Assembly (NCBI GenBank): GCA_036277455.1
Contig: DASUMX010000253.1
Location: forward strand, 1-53,334
Reading direction: 5' to 3'
Source: Thermoleophilia bacterium
Lineage (GTDB): Bacteria > Actinomycetota > Thermoleophilia > UBA2241
Length of the DNA stretch: 53,334 nucleotides
In this document: in pieces, positions 1 to 8,242 of the stretch
How positions within the stretch are numbered: the stretch's first letter is position 1
How the letters are laid out: each line of letters opens with the position of its first letter
Position numbers and translations under genes: made by a program
Notes under the pieces: model-generated
The model's database searches: none
What the model saw: the letters and a program-made list of their open reading frames with translations, nothing else
Told to the model about the DNA's origin: nothing

Positions 1-183
1 CTCGAGGGCGACGGCATCTCCGTGGAGACGACCACGACGACGTTCGGTGACTTCGCCTTCGAGAAGCTGCCGAAGGGCAAGGCGTTCACGGTCACCGTGG
101 CACTCGACGGGTATGCGCGCCAGGTGTTCGAGGTGAAGACCCACACCGACGTGGACCTCGGCGAGGTCGTCCTCGCGAGGTAG
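1..183 (+). CDS. 3' end of a CDS cut by the window edge; C-terminal carboxypeptidase-regulatory-like beta-sandwich domain, plausibly the small BthL-like subunit of the adjacent transhydroxylase
   Basis: Frame 1 is open from base 1 to TAG at 181-183 (LEGDGISVETTTTTFGDFAFEKLPKGKAFTVTVALDGYARQVFEVKTHTDVDLGEVVLAR). The G.F.F..L..G..Y.V...GY pattern is typical of CarboxypepD_reg-like domains. The Pelobacter transhydroxylase beta subunit ends in such a beta-barrel domain. The stop lies 102 nt upstream of the AthL-like gene. Confidence 0.45.
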   Translation, partial: LEGDGISVETTTTTFGDFAFEKLPKGKAFTVTVALDGYARQVFEVKTHTDVDLGEVVLAR

Positions 184-285
184 GCGCGGCAAGGTCCGTG
201 ATATGGACGTCCTATTCCGTGCAATGGACCGTTCGGTGCGCTACGATGCCGGCACGCCAACGAACGCCTGGGTGGTGACGGGAGC

Positions 286-2886
286 ATGGACGCGACGCAG
301 CAGGGAGTCAGGCGACTCACCAATCTGACCACCGGCGGGCCGGTGCACGTGGACGTCGAGGACGGCCGGATCCGGCGCATCGTCCCGCTGCAGCTGGACG
401 AGAGCGATGCGCCGTCCTGGACGATCGCCGCGCGCGGCCGCTCGTTCACGCCGCCGCGCAAGACGACGCTCTCGCCGTGGACCGTCGCCCACCGGTCCAC
501 CATCTACGCGCCCAACCGCATCCTCACGCCGCTCAAGCGCGTCGACTTCGACCCGCAGGGCGCGCGCAACATCGACAAGCGTGGCGAGTCGGCCTACGAG
601 CCCATCGGGTGGGACGAGGCGCTCGACATGGTCGCCGCCGAGATGATCCGCCTCAAGCGCGAGTACGGGCCGGCGGCCATGCTGTCCACCGCCGGCTCGC
701 ACCACCTCTGGGGCAACGTCGGCTACCGCTTCAGCGCCTACAACCGGTTCATGAACCTCGCGGGCTTCACCTACGCCGAGCACAACCCCGACAGCTGGGA
801 GGGGTGGCAGTGGGGAGGCGCGCACATGTGGGGCTTCGCGCACCGCCTCGGCATCCCTGAGCAGTACGACCTCCTCGGGGACGCACTCGAGCACACCGAG
901 CTGATGGTCTTCTGGTCCGCCGACCCCGAGACCACGGGCGGCGTGTACGGCTCTTTCGAGAGCACCTCACGCCGCTTCTGGCTCAAGGAGCTCGGCGTGA
1001 AGATGATCTTCATCGACCCGTACGACAGCCCGACGGCGCAGCTCTTCGGCGACAAGTGGCTGGCGCCGCGGCCGGGGACGGACGTGGCCCTGGGCCTGGC
1101 CGTCGCGCACACCTGGCTCGACGAGGGCACCTACGACAAGGAGTACATCGCCGACCGCACGCACGGCTTCGGCGAGTGGCGGGACTACGTGCTCGGCAGG
1201 AGCGACAACGTCCCCAAGACGCCGGAGTGGGCGGAGGCCGAGTGCGGCGTCCCGGCCCGGCAGATCCGCGCCCTCGCCCGCGAGTGGGGCCGCAAGAGGA
1301 CCATGCTGGCGGCCGGCGGCATGGGCGGCTGGGGCGGCGCCTGCCGGGCCTCCAGCGGCAACGAATGGTCGCGGATGATGATCGCCCTGGCCGCCATGCA
1401 GGGCATGGGCAAGCCGGGCAGCAACATCTGGTCCACCACGAGTGGCGTGCCGTTCGACCCGGCGTTCTTCTTCCCCGGCTACGCCGAGGGCGGCATCTCC
1501 GGCGACACCGCCGGCACGGCCGCCGGCAAGAAGCTCGCCAACCGCATGTGGCCGGACGGGGGCACGTTCAGCAACCCACAGCATTCGCCCGAGGGACAGA
1601 CGGTCCCGCGCCTGCGCATCCCGGAGGCGATGAACCACGAGCGTCTCGAGTGGCACGGCAAGGGATTCTGCGGCTCGTCCATCGAGTCGCAGTTCCGCGA
1701 GTACCACTACCCCGCAGCGGGCTACCCGCACGTGCAGATGTACTACCGCTACGGCGGCTCGTTCATCGGGACGATGACCGAGACCAACCGCTACGTGCGC
1801 GCGTACCGCGAGGGCAAGATCCCGTTCGTGGTCAACCAGTCGATCTGGATGGAGGGCGAGGCCCGGTTCGCCGATATCGTCCTGCCGGCGTGCACCAACT
1901 TCGAACGCTGGGACATCGGTGACTGGGCTCACGCCTCAGGCTACGGCATGCACAAGTTCGAGCAGGTCAATCACCGGCTCATCGTGCTCGAGCAGAGATG
2001 TATCGAGCCGCTCGGCGAGAGCAAGTCCGACTACGAGATCTTCGCGGCGCTCGCGGGCAAGCTCGGCGTGGGCGACATCTACACGGAGGGCGGGCTCACC
2101 GAGCTCGACTGGGTCAAGCGCATCTTCCACGCCAGCGACCTGCCCGGGCGCGTCTCGTGGGACGAGTTCGCCGAGAAGGGCTACTACCTGGTGCCGGTCG
2201 GAGACGACCACCGGGCCACGCCGGCGCTGCGCTGGTTCGCCGAAGACCGCAAGCGCGACACCCCGGACTGGGGCCCGCCGCCGTGGGACACTGTGGGCGG
2301 CAAGGGCCTCGCGACGCAGTCCGGCAAGATCGAGTTCGTCAGTTCCAGCCTCAAGCGCTTCTACGCGTCCGGTGACGTGGTCGACGAGGAGCGCCCGGTC
2401 CTGGGCCCGCAGTACATCGAGAGCTGGGAGGGCCACCACACGGAGGAGCTCACCGCGCGCTACCCGCTCCAGCTCATCTCGCCGCACCCGCGCTTCAGCT
2501 TCCACACCATGGGCGACGGCAAGGACGCCTGGGCTGCGGACGTCGAGGACCACCGCGAGCTCAAGGATGACGGCTGGTACTACTGGCTCATCCGCCTCAA
2601 CCCCGACGACGCGGCGGCGCGCGGCATCGCCGACGGCGACCTGGTGCGCGCGTTCAACGACCGCGGCTCCGTCATCCTGTGCGCGCGCGTGACCGGGAAG
2701 ATCCGGCCGGGGACGACCCACTCCGCGGAGTCCTGCTCCGACTACGCGCCCATCGGCGCACACGGGCATTCGCCCGACCGCGCCGGCTGCGTCAACATCC
2801 TCACGTCCAGGCGCTTCATCACCCCCACCTCGCCCGGGCAGGCGTGCAACACCTGCCTCATCGAGGTGGAGCGCTGGAGCGGGTGA
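286..2886 (+). CDS. athL: Molybdopterin (bis-MGD) oxidoreductase, pyrogallol hydroxytransferase (transhydroxylase) large-subunit-like
   Basis: 866-aa ORF; ATG at 286 follows GGGAG. Segments RLTNLTTGGPVHVDVEDGRI, STAGSHHLWGNVGYRF, NPDSWEGWQWGGAHMWGF, GGWGGACRAS, LPACTNFERWDI and SPHPRFSFHTMGDGK fit the DMSO-reductase superfamily and the AthL pattern as I remember it. There is no Cys before about residue 300 (so no N-terminal Fe-S motif) and no Tat h-region. Confidence 0.75.
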   Translation: MDATQQGVRRLTNLTTGGPVHVDVEDGRIRRIVPLQLDESDAPSWTIAARGRSFTPPRKTTLSPWTVAHRSTIYAPNRILTPLKRVDFDPQGARNIDKRGESAYEPIGWDEALDMVAAEMIRLKREYGPAAMLSTAGSHHLWGNVGYRFSAYNRFMNLAGFTYAEHNPDSWEGWQWGGAHMWGFAHRLGIPEQYDLLGDALEHTELMVFWSADPETTGGVYGSFESTSRRFWLKELGVKMIFIDPYDSPTAQLFGDKWLAPRPGTDVALGLAVAHTWLDEGTYDKEYIADRTHGFGEWRDYVLGRSDNVPKTPEWAEAECGVPARQIRALAREWGRKRTMLAAGGMGGWGGACRASSGNEWSRMMIALAAMQGMGKPGSNIWSTTSGVPFDPAFFFPGYAEGGISGDTAGTAAGKKLANRMWPDGGTFSNPQHSPEGQTVPRLRIPEAMNHERLEWHGKGFCGSSIESQFREYHYPAAGYPHVQMYYRYGGSFIGTMTETNRYVRAYREGKIPFVVNQSIWMEGEARFADIVLPACTNFERWDIGDWAHASGYGMHKFEQVNHRLIVLEQRCIEPLGESKSDYEIFAALAGKLGVGDIYTEGGLTELDWVKRIFHASDLPGRVSWDEFAEKGYYLVPVGDDHRATPALRWFAEDRKRDTPDWGPPPWDTVGGKGLATQSGKIEFVSSSLKRFYASGDVVDEERPVLGPQYIESWEGHHTEELTARYPLQLISPHPRFSFHTMGDGKDAWAADVEDHRELKDDGWYYWLIRLNPDDAAARGIADGDLVRAFNDRGSVILCARVTGKIRPGTTHSAESCSDYAPIGAHGHSPDRAGCVNILTSRRFITPTSPGQACNTCLIEVERWSG

Positions 2887-2901
2887 GACGGAGCCGCCGT
2901 G

Positions 2902-2922
2902 TGCGCCGCTTCCCGCGGCGCA
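2902..2922. terminator. Bidirectional GC-rich hairpin between convergent athL-like and livF genes
   Basis: tgcgccgc (2902-2909), loop ttccc, gcggcgca (2915-2922): a perfect 8-bp stem in the 45-bp gap between the two stop codons. No U-tract. Confidence 0.45.
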
Positions 2923-2931
2923 TCTGGCTGG

Positions 2932-3648
2932 TCACACCTCGTCGTCGGTACCGACTCCGAGGTACTGGGCCTTCACGGTCTCGTTGTCGATCAGGTCCGC
3001 GGGCGCGGAGCCGTAGACGATGGAGCCTTTGCTCATGATGTAGGCGTAGTCGGCCACGCTCATGGCCATACCGAAGTCCTGCTCGACGAGGAGGATGGAC
3101 TGGCCGGCCGCCTTGAGCTTCTCGATGACGCGGTACACCTCCTGGACCACGATCGGCGCCAGCCCCTCCGACGGTTCGTCGAGCATGATGAGGTCGGGGT
3201 TGGTCATGAGCGCGCGCGCGATGGTGAGCATCTGCTGCTCGCCGCCGCTGAGGAGGTTGCCCTTGTTCCTGGCGCGCTCTTTCAGCCGCGGGAAGATCTC
3301 GTAGATCTTCTCGAGCGTCCACGGGTCGTCCTTGCCGCCGGTGCGAGCGGCCATGGTGAGATTCTCGGTGACGGACAGCGAAGCGAAGATCATCCGGCCC
3401 TGCGGCACCAGGCCGATGCCCGTGCGCGCGATCTGGTTGGGCGGCAGCCCGACGAGCTCGGTGCCGTTGAAGGTGATGCTGCCCTTGCGCGGCGGAGTGA
3501 GGCCGATGATGGAGCGGATCGTCGTGGTCTTCCCCATGCCGTTGCGGCCGAGGAGCGCTACCACCGTGGCGTCCCTGACCTCCATGTCGACGCCCTGCAG
3601 GATGTAGCTGTCGCCGTACCAGGTGTGGATATCGTTGATCGCCAGCAT
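2932..3648 (-). CDS. livF: Branched-chain-amino-acid-type ABC transporter ATP-binding protein (LivF-like)
   Basis: Internal ATG at 3648 of ORF 2932..4008 gives MLAINDIHTWYGDSYILQGVDMEV... It has Walker A GRNGMGKTT, signature LSGGEQQML and Walker B LIMLDEPSEGL. Upstream of 3648 the listed ORF only overlaps livG out of frame. Confidence 0.9.
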   Translation of the reverse strand: MLAINDIHTWYGDSYILQGVDMEVRDATVVALLGRNGMGKTTTIRSIIGLTPPRKGSITFNGTELVGLPPNQIARTGIGLVPQGRMIFASLSVTENLTMAARTGGKDDPWTLEKIYEIFPRLKERARNKGNLLSGGEQQMLTIARALMTNPDLIMLDEPSEGLAPIVVQEVYRVIEKLKAAGQSILLVEQDFGMAMSVADYAYIMSKGSIVYGSAPADLIDNETVKAQYLGVGTDDEV

Positions 3649-3653
3649 CCCGA

Positions 3654-4418
3654 TCACCCGGCCGCGGTGCTCGCCTTGTGCGAACCCATGTAGATGTCCT
3701 TGACGGTCTGGTTGGCGCGGATCTCGTCGCAGGTGCCCTCGCACGAGATCTCTCCGAAGTGCAGAAGGATGATGCGCTCCGCGACACCGAAGACGAGGTC
3801 CATGTCGTGGGCGATCATGAGCACGGTGATCTTCTTGCCCAGTGCGCGGATGCGCTCGGTGATGTCCTTGCTCTCGGTCGGCGTGAGGCCGCAGCTGGGC
3901 TCGTCGAGCATGAGCAGTTCCGGCCCGCTGGCAAGGCTCAGTCCCATCTCCAGCTTGCGCTGCTCGCCGTAGGCCAGCGAGCTGACCATCTCCTGGCGCT
4001 TCTCCCACAGGTCGATGGACTCGAGCAACCCCTGCGCCGCCGCGTACAGCGCCTTGTCCCGCTTGAAGACGCCCCAGACGCGATAGCGTCCGGCGCGCGT
4101 CCCCTGCAGAGCGATGAGCGCGTTCGTGAGCACGGATTCGTTGGGGAAGAGGCTGGTGATCTGGAACGACCGCGCGATGCCGAGCTGGGTGCGCGCGTAC
4201 ACCGGCTTGTGGGTGATGTCCTGGCCCTTGAAGACCACCTTGCCGCCGGACGGCTTGAGCTGGCCGGTGAGCAGGTTGAAGAGCGTGGTCTTGCCGGCCC
4301 CGTTGGGGCCGATCATGCCGAGGCGCTCGCCCTCCCCGATCGTGAAGGTGACGTTCTTGACGGCGGCGAGGCCGCCGAAGTGCACGGAGAGGCCCTCGAC
4401 CTCAAGCAGCGCGGCCAC
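3654..4418 (-). CDS. livG: Branched-chain-amino-acid-type ABC transporter ATP-binding protein (LivG-like)
   Basis: 254 aa, GTG start. Walker A GPNGAGKTT, LAYGEQRKLEMG signature region, Walker B LLMLDEPSCGL. Confidence 0.9.
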   Translation of the reverse strand: MAALLEVEGLSVHFGGLAAVKNVTFTIGEGERLGMIGPNGAGKTTLFNLLTGQLKPSGGKVVFKGQDITHKPVYARTQLGIARSFQITSLFPNESVLTNALIALQGTRAGRYRVWGVFKRDKALYAAAQGLLESIDLWEKRQEMVSSLAYGEQRKLEMGLSLASGPELLMLDEPSCGLTPTESKDITERIRALGKKITVLMIAHDMDLVFGVAERIILLHFGEISCEGTCDEIRANQTVKDIYMGSHKASTAAG

Positions 4419-5475
4419 GGAACACCTTCCTCCACAGGTCGAGGAGCATCACGCCGATGCCCTGCGGGATCACCATGATGACCACCACGATCAAGGCGGC
4501 CATGATGAGCGGCCAGCGCTCGGGCAGGTACACGCTCGCCAGGTACTCGACGCCGACGACCGCGACGGCTCCGATGACGGGGCCGAAGTAGATCGAGGCG
4601 CTGCCGAGGATGACGATGAGGAAGACGATGTCGGTCATGGCCATGCCCATGTTGCCTGGGACCATGACGCCGCCGAAGTAGGCGAAGAGCGCGCCGGCGA
4701 TGCCGCCGAACGCGCCGGCGATGATGTACGACGTGTACTTGTAGAGCCAGGTGTTGTAGCCGAGCGCCTGCATGCGGCGCTCGTTGTCGTGGATGCCGCG
4801 GAGCGCGTAGCCGTAGTGCGAGTTCACCAGCCTGTAGACCAGGATGAGGCACACGACGACGACGGCGAGCACGAGGAAGTAGTAGGTGTACGACGAGTTG
4901 ACGGTGATACCCGGTATCCCGAGGTCCGGCCAGGGAATGCCCGACATGCCGGTGGACCCGCCGGTGAGGGTGCGCGCCGAGATCGCGACGCGGACCAGCA
5001 GCTCGCCGAACGCCAGCGTCGCCAACAGGAAGTAGATCGGGTTGTCGGAGGCCCCCACGCCGTAGACGCGGAAGGCGGGGATGCCGAGTCCGGCTCCGAG
5101 CAGCGCGGTGAGCACGACCACGAGCACGAGGTTCACGAAGAAGTTGGAGATGCCCCCGTGGACGATGAGGATGCCGCAGGCGTAGCCTCCGAAGCCGAAG
5201 AAGGCGGCGTGACCGAACGTCGGGATGCCTCCGTAGCCCCAGAGGATGTTCATGCTCACCCCGAAGAGGGCGAAGATCATCATCTTCGTGACGAGGCTCT
5301 GGATGTACGACGGCACGAAGCTGGGCAGCACGAGCATCAGGAGGATGATCGCGATCGCCGGGGCCCAGGTCCTGAGCAGCGCGGCCGCGCTGCGCCCCTC
5401 CACCGGCACCGGCGGGGCGGCGACCGCCCTGCGCATCAGACGGCCGAGCAGCAGGTCGGCGGGCCTCGTCGCCAT
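4402..5475 (-). CDS. livM: Liv-type ABC transporter permease (LivM-like)
   Basis: 357-aa polytopic membrane protein with the typical LivM core (GYGGIPTFGHAAFFGFGGY). Its start overlaps the livH stop by ATGA at 5473-5477. Confidence 0.85.
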   Translation of the reverse strand: MATRPADLLLGRLMRRAVAAPPVPVEGRSAAALLRTWAPAIAIILLMLVLPSFVPSYIQSLVTKMMIFALFGVSMNILWGYGGIPTFGHAAFFGFGGYACGILIVHGGISNFFVNLVLVVVLTALLGAGLGIPAFRVYGVGASDNPIYFLLATLAFGELLVRVAISARTLTGGSTGMSGIPWPDLGIPGITVNSSYTYYFLVLAVVVVCLILVYRLVNSHYGYALRGIHDNERRMQALGYNTWLYKYTSYIIAGAFGGIAGALFAYFGGVMVPGNMGMAMTDIVFLIVILGSASIYFGPVIGAVAVVGVEYLASVYLPERWPLIMAALIVVVIMVIPQGIGVMLLDLWRKVFRGRAA

Positions 5476-6335
5476 CAGAAGACCTTTCTTCCGATGAGGC
5501 CGCTCGGGCGGACCAGCAGCACGACGATGAAGATCACGTACGACGTGAACAGCGCCACCGACGGGACGTACGCCTTTCCGAAGGTGTCGAGCAGCCCGAT
5601 GATGAGCGCGCCGAGCATGGTGCCCTGGATGTAGCCGGTGCCTCCGACCACGACGACCATGAGCGTGAGCAGGAGCAGCGCGTCACCCATGGACGGGTAG
5701 GCGCCGAGGACCGGCGTGCCGATGATCCCGGCGAAGCCGGCGAGCGCGGCGCCGAACAGGAAGACGAGCGTGCTGACGAGGCCGTAGTTGATGCCGAGGC
5801 TCCGCGTCATCTCCTTGTTGTCCATGCCCGCGCGGATGATGGCGCCCACGCGGGTCTTGTCCTGCATCCACCAGAGGAAGACCAGCACGGCAAGGCCGAT
5901 GCCGCAGATGACGAGGCGGTAGATCGGGAAGGCGAGGTCGCCCACGCGCACGACACCGGTGAACGTCTCGGGTGTGAGCCCCATCTTGGCGAAGGGACCC
6001 CAGACCCAGAGGACGATGTTGGCGATGGCGTAGCCTAACCCGATGGTGAGCACCGCCTGTTCCGGTACCTTGCCGTAGAGATGGCGCAGGAAGAAGTAGT
6101 AGATGCCGAGGCCGACCAGCCCCGTGCCGGCCGCCGCCACGACGACGCCCAGCCAGAACTGGTCGAGCTGGCTGATGATCGCGAGACCGAAGTACGCGCC
6201 GAGCACGAAGAGGGCGCCGTGCGCCAGGTTGAGGACTCCCATGACCCCGAAGGTGAGGGAGAACCCGGCGGCCAACAGGAACAGGATGAACGCGTACGAG
6301 ACGCCGTTCAGCGTCGTGATGATGAATGTACTCAC
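5475..6335 (-). CDS. livH: Liv-type ABC transporter permease (LivH-like)
   Basis: 286-aa polytopic membrane protein with a LivH-like N-terminus (LNGVSYAFILFLLAAGFSLTFGVMGVLNLAHG). Confidence 0.85.
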   Translation of the reverse strand: MSTFIITTLNGVSYAFILFLLAAGFSLTFGVMGVLNLAHGALFVLGAYFGLAIISQLDQFWLGVVVAAAGTGLVGLGIYYFFLRHLYGKVPEQAVLTIGLGYAIANIVLWVWGPFAKMGLTPETFTGVVRVGDLAFPIYRLVICGIGLAVLVFLWWMQDKTRVGAIIRAGMDNKEMTRSLGINYGLVSTLVFLFGAALAGFAGIIGTPVLGAYPSMGDALLLLTLMVVVVGGTGYIQGTMLGALIIGLLDTFGKAYVPSVALFTSYVIFIVVLLVRPSGLIGRKVF

Positions 6336-6442
6336 ACGCCCCCCTGGCGTCGAGACGAGTACTCCGTCGGCGATCCCGGCTTCACACCGGCTGGCACGGG
6401 CACGCTCTGCCTGACCTCAACCCTCCTGCCGCGTTACGGGAA

Positions 6443-6458
6443 TGATATACCGATATCA
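6443..6458. promoter_or_regulatory. Perfect palindrome TGATAT-ACCG-ATATCA, putative operator upstream of livHMGF
   Basis: TGATAT at 6443-6448 and ATATCA at 6453-6458, 108-123 nt upstream of the livH start. AT-rich island in a GC-rich gap. The same 6-N4-6 motif recurs at 10559, 18455 and 21250. An extra TGATAT half-site lies at 6566-6571. Confidence 0.6.
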
Positions 6459-6599
6459 GTCTTTGACAAGCGACCTGCCGGGATGGCCCTCCCGCCCGCC
6501 TCAGGCTGTGTGCTGGCTGCCCGTGTCAGGCACCGTTCGCCGCGCCTTCGGGCCGTCATCTCCCCTGATATCGGGAGTACAGCCACACGGGGGCAAGGG

Positions 6600-6636
6600 G
6601 GAGGGGGCTCACGGTCTTGCGCCGTGAGCCCCCTCC
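6600..6636 (-). terminator. Strong hairpin after the binding-protein gene (terminator or attenuator between the SBP and permease genes)
   Basis: 15-bp perfect stem (6600-6614 pairs with 6622-6636) with a 7-nt loop tcttgcg, starting 45 nt downstream of the SBP stop. No U-tract. Confidence 0.55.
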
Positions 6637-6680
6637 GTGCTCGCGAACGACGAGGCGCCGCGGGCGCCCGCGCCGCCGAG

Positions 6681-7919
6681 CTACTTCTGATCGTGCAACA
6701 GGCCCTCGTAGGTGAAGACCGGCACCCACGCGATGCGGTCGCCCACCTGCTTGGTCTCCATCATGTAGTAGTTGCCGGTGCCCACGAACATGTCCTGGTA
6801 CGCGCTCATCTTGTAGGGGCCGGCCGGCGTATCGATGGTCACGCTCGACATGGCCTCCTTGAGCTTGTCCGGGGAGGTGTCGCCGCCGTTGGCCTCGACG
6901 GCGCCGGCGAACAGGTTCACGGCCAGCCAGGCGCCGAACGACTGCATGGTCGGGTACTCGCCGTCCTCCTGCGCCTTGTAGGCCTCGACGAACTCCTTGT
7001 TCACGGGGTTGTCGATCTCCGGGGTGTAGAACTCGCCGCCGATCAGGCCGACTCCCACCTCTCCGAGGTCCCTGAGCTGCGGCTCGGTGAGGTTGCTGGC
7101 CATGGCCGTGATGAGCGGGGCCTCGAGGCCGTAGTCGTTGTACTGCTTGACGAAGGGCGCAGCGCCGTTGCCGAAGATCCACCAGTACGTGCAGTCGGCG
7201 TCCTTGAGCGTCGTGAGGTAGGAGCTGAAGTCGACCGCGTCGATCGGCACGAACTGCGTGCTCAGGATCTTGCCGCCGGCCTCTTCGAAGCCGTGGTTGA
7301 ACCCCTCCTGGAGCTGGCGGCCGGCCGTGTCCTCGTAATTGATGCAGTTGGCCGTCTTCCAGCCCATCTCCTCCGCCGCGTACTTGCCGGTCTGGTAGCC
7401 GGCGAACGAGAACAGGCCGCTGGGGACGAACGAGAGGCCGTTGGCGGTCTTCATGTTGTCGATCGGCTGCCCGTAGATGGAGATCGACGGGATGCCGCCG
7501 CCGCTCTTGGCCAGATAGTCGGTGACCGCCGCGTTCGCCGGTGAGAAGATCGGGCCGATCATGACGTGGATACCGTCGTTCTCGACGAGCTGGCGGGCCT
7601 TGTCCACTGCCTGGACGGGGTCGGAACCGTTGTCGGCCTTGATGTACTCGACGGGCCGGCCCGCGATCTGTCCCCCGAGCTGGTCGATGGCGAGCTTGAT
7701 GCCCTTGTCGGTCATCGTCGCATCGACCGCCATGAACCCGGTGAAGCCCTCATCGAACCCGATCTTGATCGGCTCGCCGGTCGCTGCGGCGGCGGGCTCG
7801 GCGGATTCGGTGCTGCGGGAGTCGGTCGTCTCCGACCCACAAGCCGCCAGAACGAGGGCGCCGAAGGCTCCGAGAACGAGTACGAGCGCCAGGACGGCGA
7901 ACACGACTTTCCTCTGCAT
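6681..7919 (-). CDS. Liv-type (type I periplasmic binding fold) substrate-binding lipoprotein
   Basis: Internal ATG at 7919 of ORF 6681..8498 gives MQRKVVFAVLALVLVLGAFGALVLAACGSE, a signal peptide with lipobox LAAC. The mature part (IKIGFDEGFTGFMAVDATMTDKGIKLAIDQL...) is LivK/ABC-type amino-acid or aromatic-acid binder-like. Confidence 0.85.
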   Translation of the reverse strand: MQRKVVFAVLALVLVLGAFGALVLAACGSETTDSRSTESAEPAAAATGEPIKIGFDEGFTGFMAVDATMTDKGIKLAIDQLGGQIAGRPVEYIKADNGSDPVQAVDKARQLVENDGIHVMIGPIFSPANAAVTDYLAKSGGGIPSISIYGQPIDNMKTANGLSFVPSGLFSFAGYQTGKYAAEEMGWKTANCINYEDTAGRQLQEGFNHGFEEAGGKILSTQFVPIDAVDFSSYLTTLKDADCTYWWIFGNGAAPFVKQYNDYGLEAPLITAMASNLTEPQLRDLGEVGVGLIGGEFYTPEIDNPVNKEFVEAYKAQEDGEYPTMQSFGAWLAVNLFAGAVEANGGDTSPDKLKEAMSSVTIDTPAGPYKMSAYQDMFVGTGNYYMMETKQVGDRIAWVPVFTYEGLLHDQK

Positions 7920-8242
7920 TGTCAGTCCCCCTGAGAAGATGATCGGAAAGTAGTCGGTGTGCTGCGCTGCCGAAACGGATGCGACGCGCCGGCGCTCCTG
8001 GGGTCCCTCCGCCGTGACCGCCCGTCCGCTGCGACGGGAGACGGCGACCCTGCTGCCGGTCGCGAAGCTGAGGTGCTGCGGGTCCCTGCTCCTTTCGTCG
8101 GCCCTCGCCGCTGTGAGGACGAGCCTCCCCTGAAGGCCCATTGTCCAGAACGGCCAGTTCTCTGCGTCCCCGTAGTGCAAAGGGTAAGGGTGCAAGGTAC
8201 CGCACGCGGCCGCACGCTGCAAGTGCCACGAGGCGAAGCGGA

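Noticed and set aside
286-360. The VRRL dipeptide near the N-terminus of the molybdenum enzyme as a Tat signal.
   Set aside because: No hydrophobic h-region or AxA cleavage site follows. The sequence continues straight into the conserved TGGPVHVDV core, consistent with a cytoplasmic enzyme.
7920-8242. A riboswitch or T-box in the long leader of the binder gene.
   Set aside because: I could not find the conserved cores of TPP, cobalamin, glycine, SAM, ZTP or T-box elements. I kept it only as a low-interest unexplained region.
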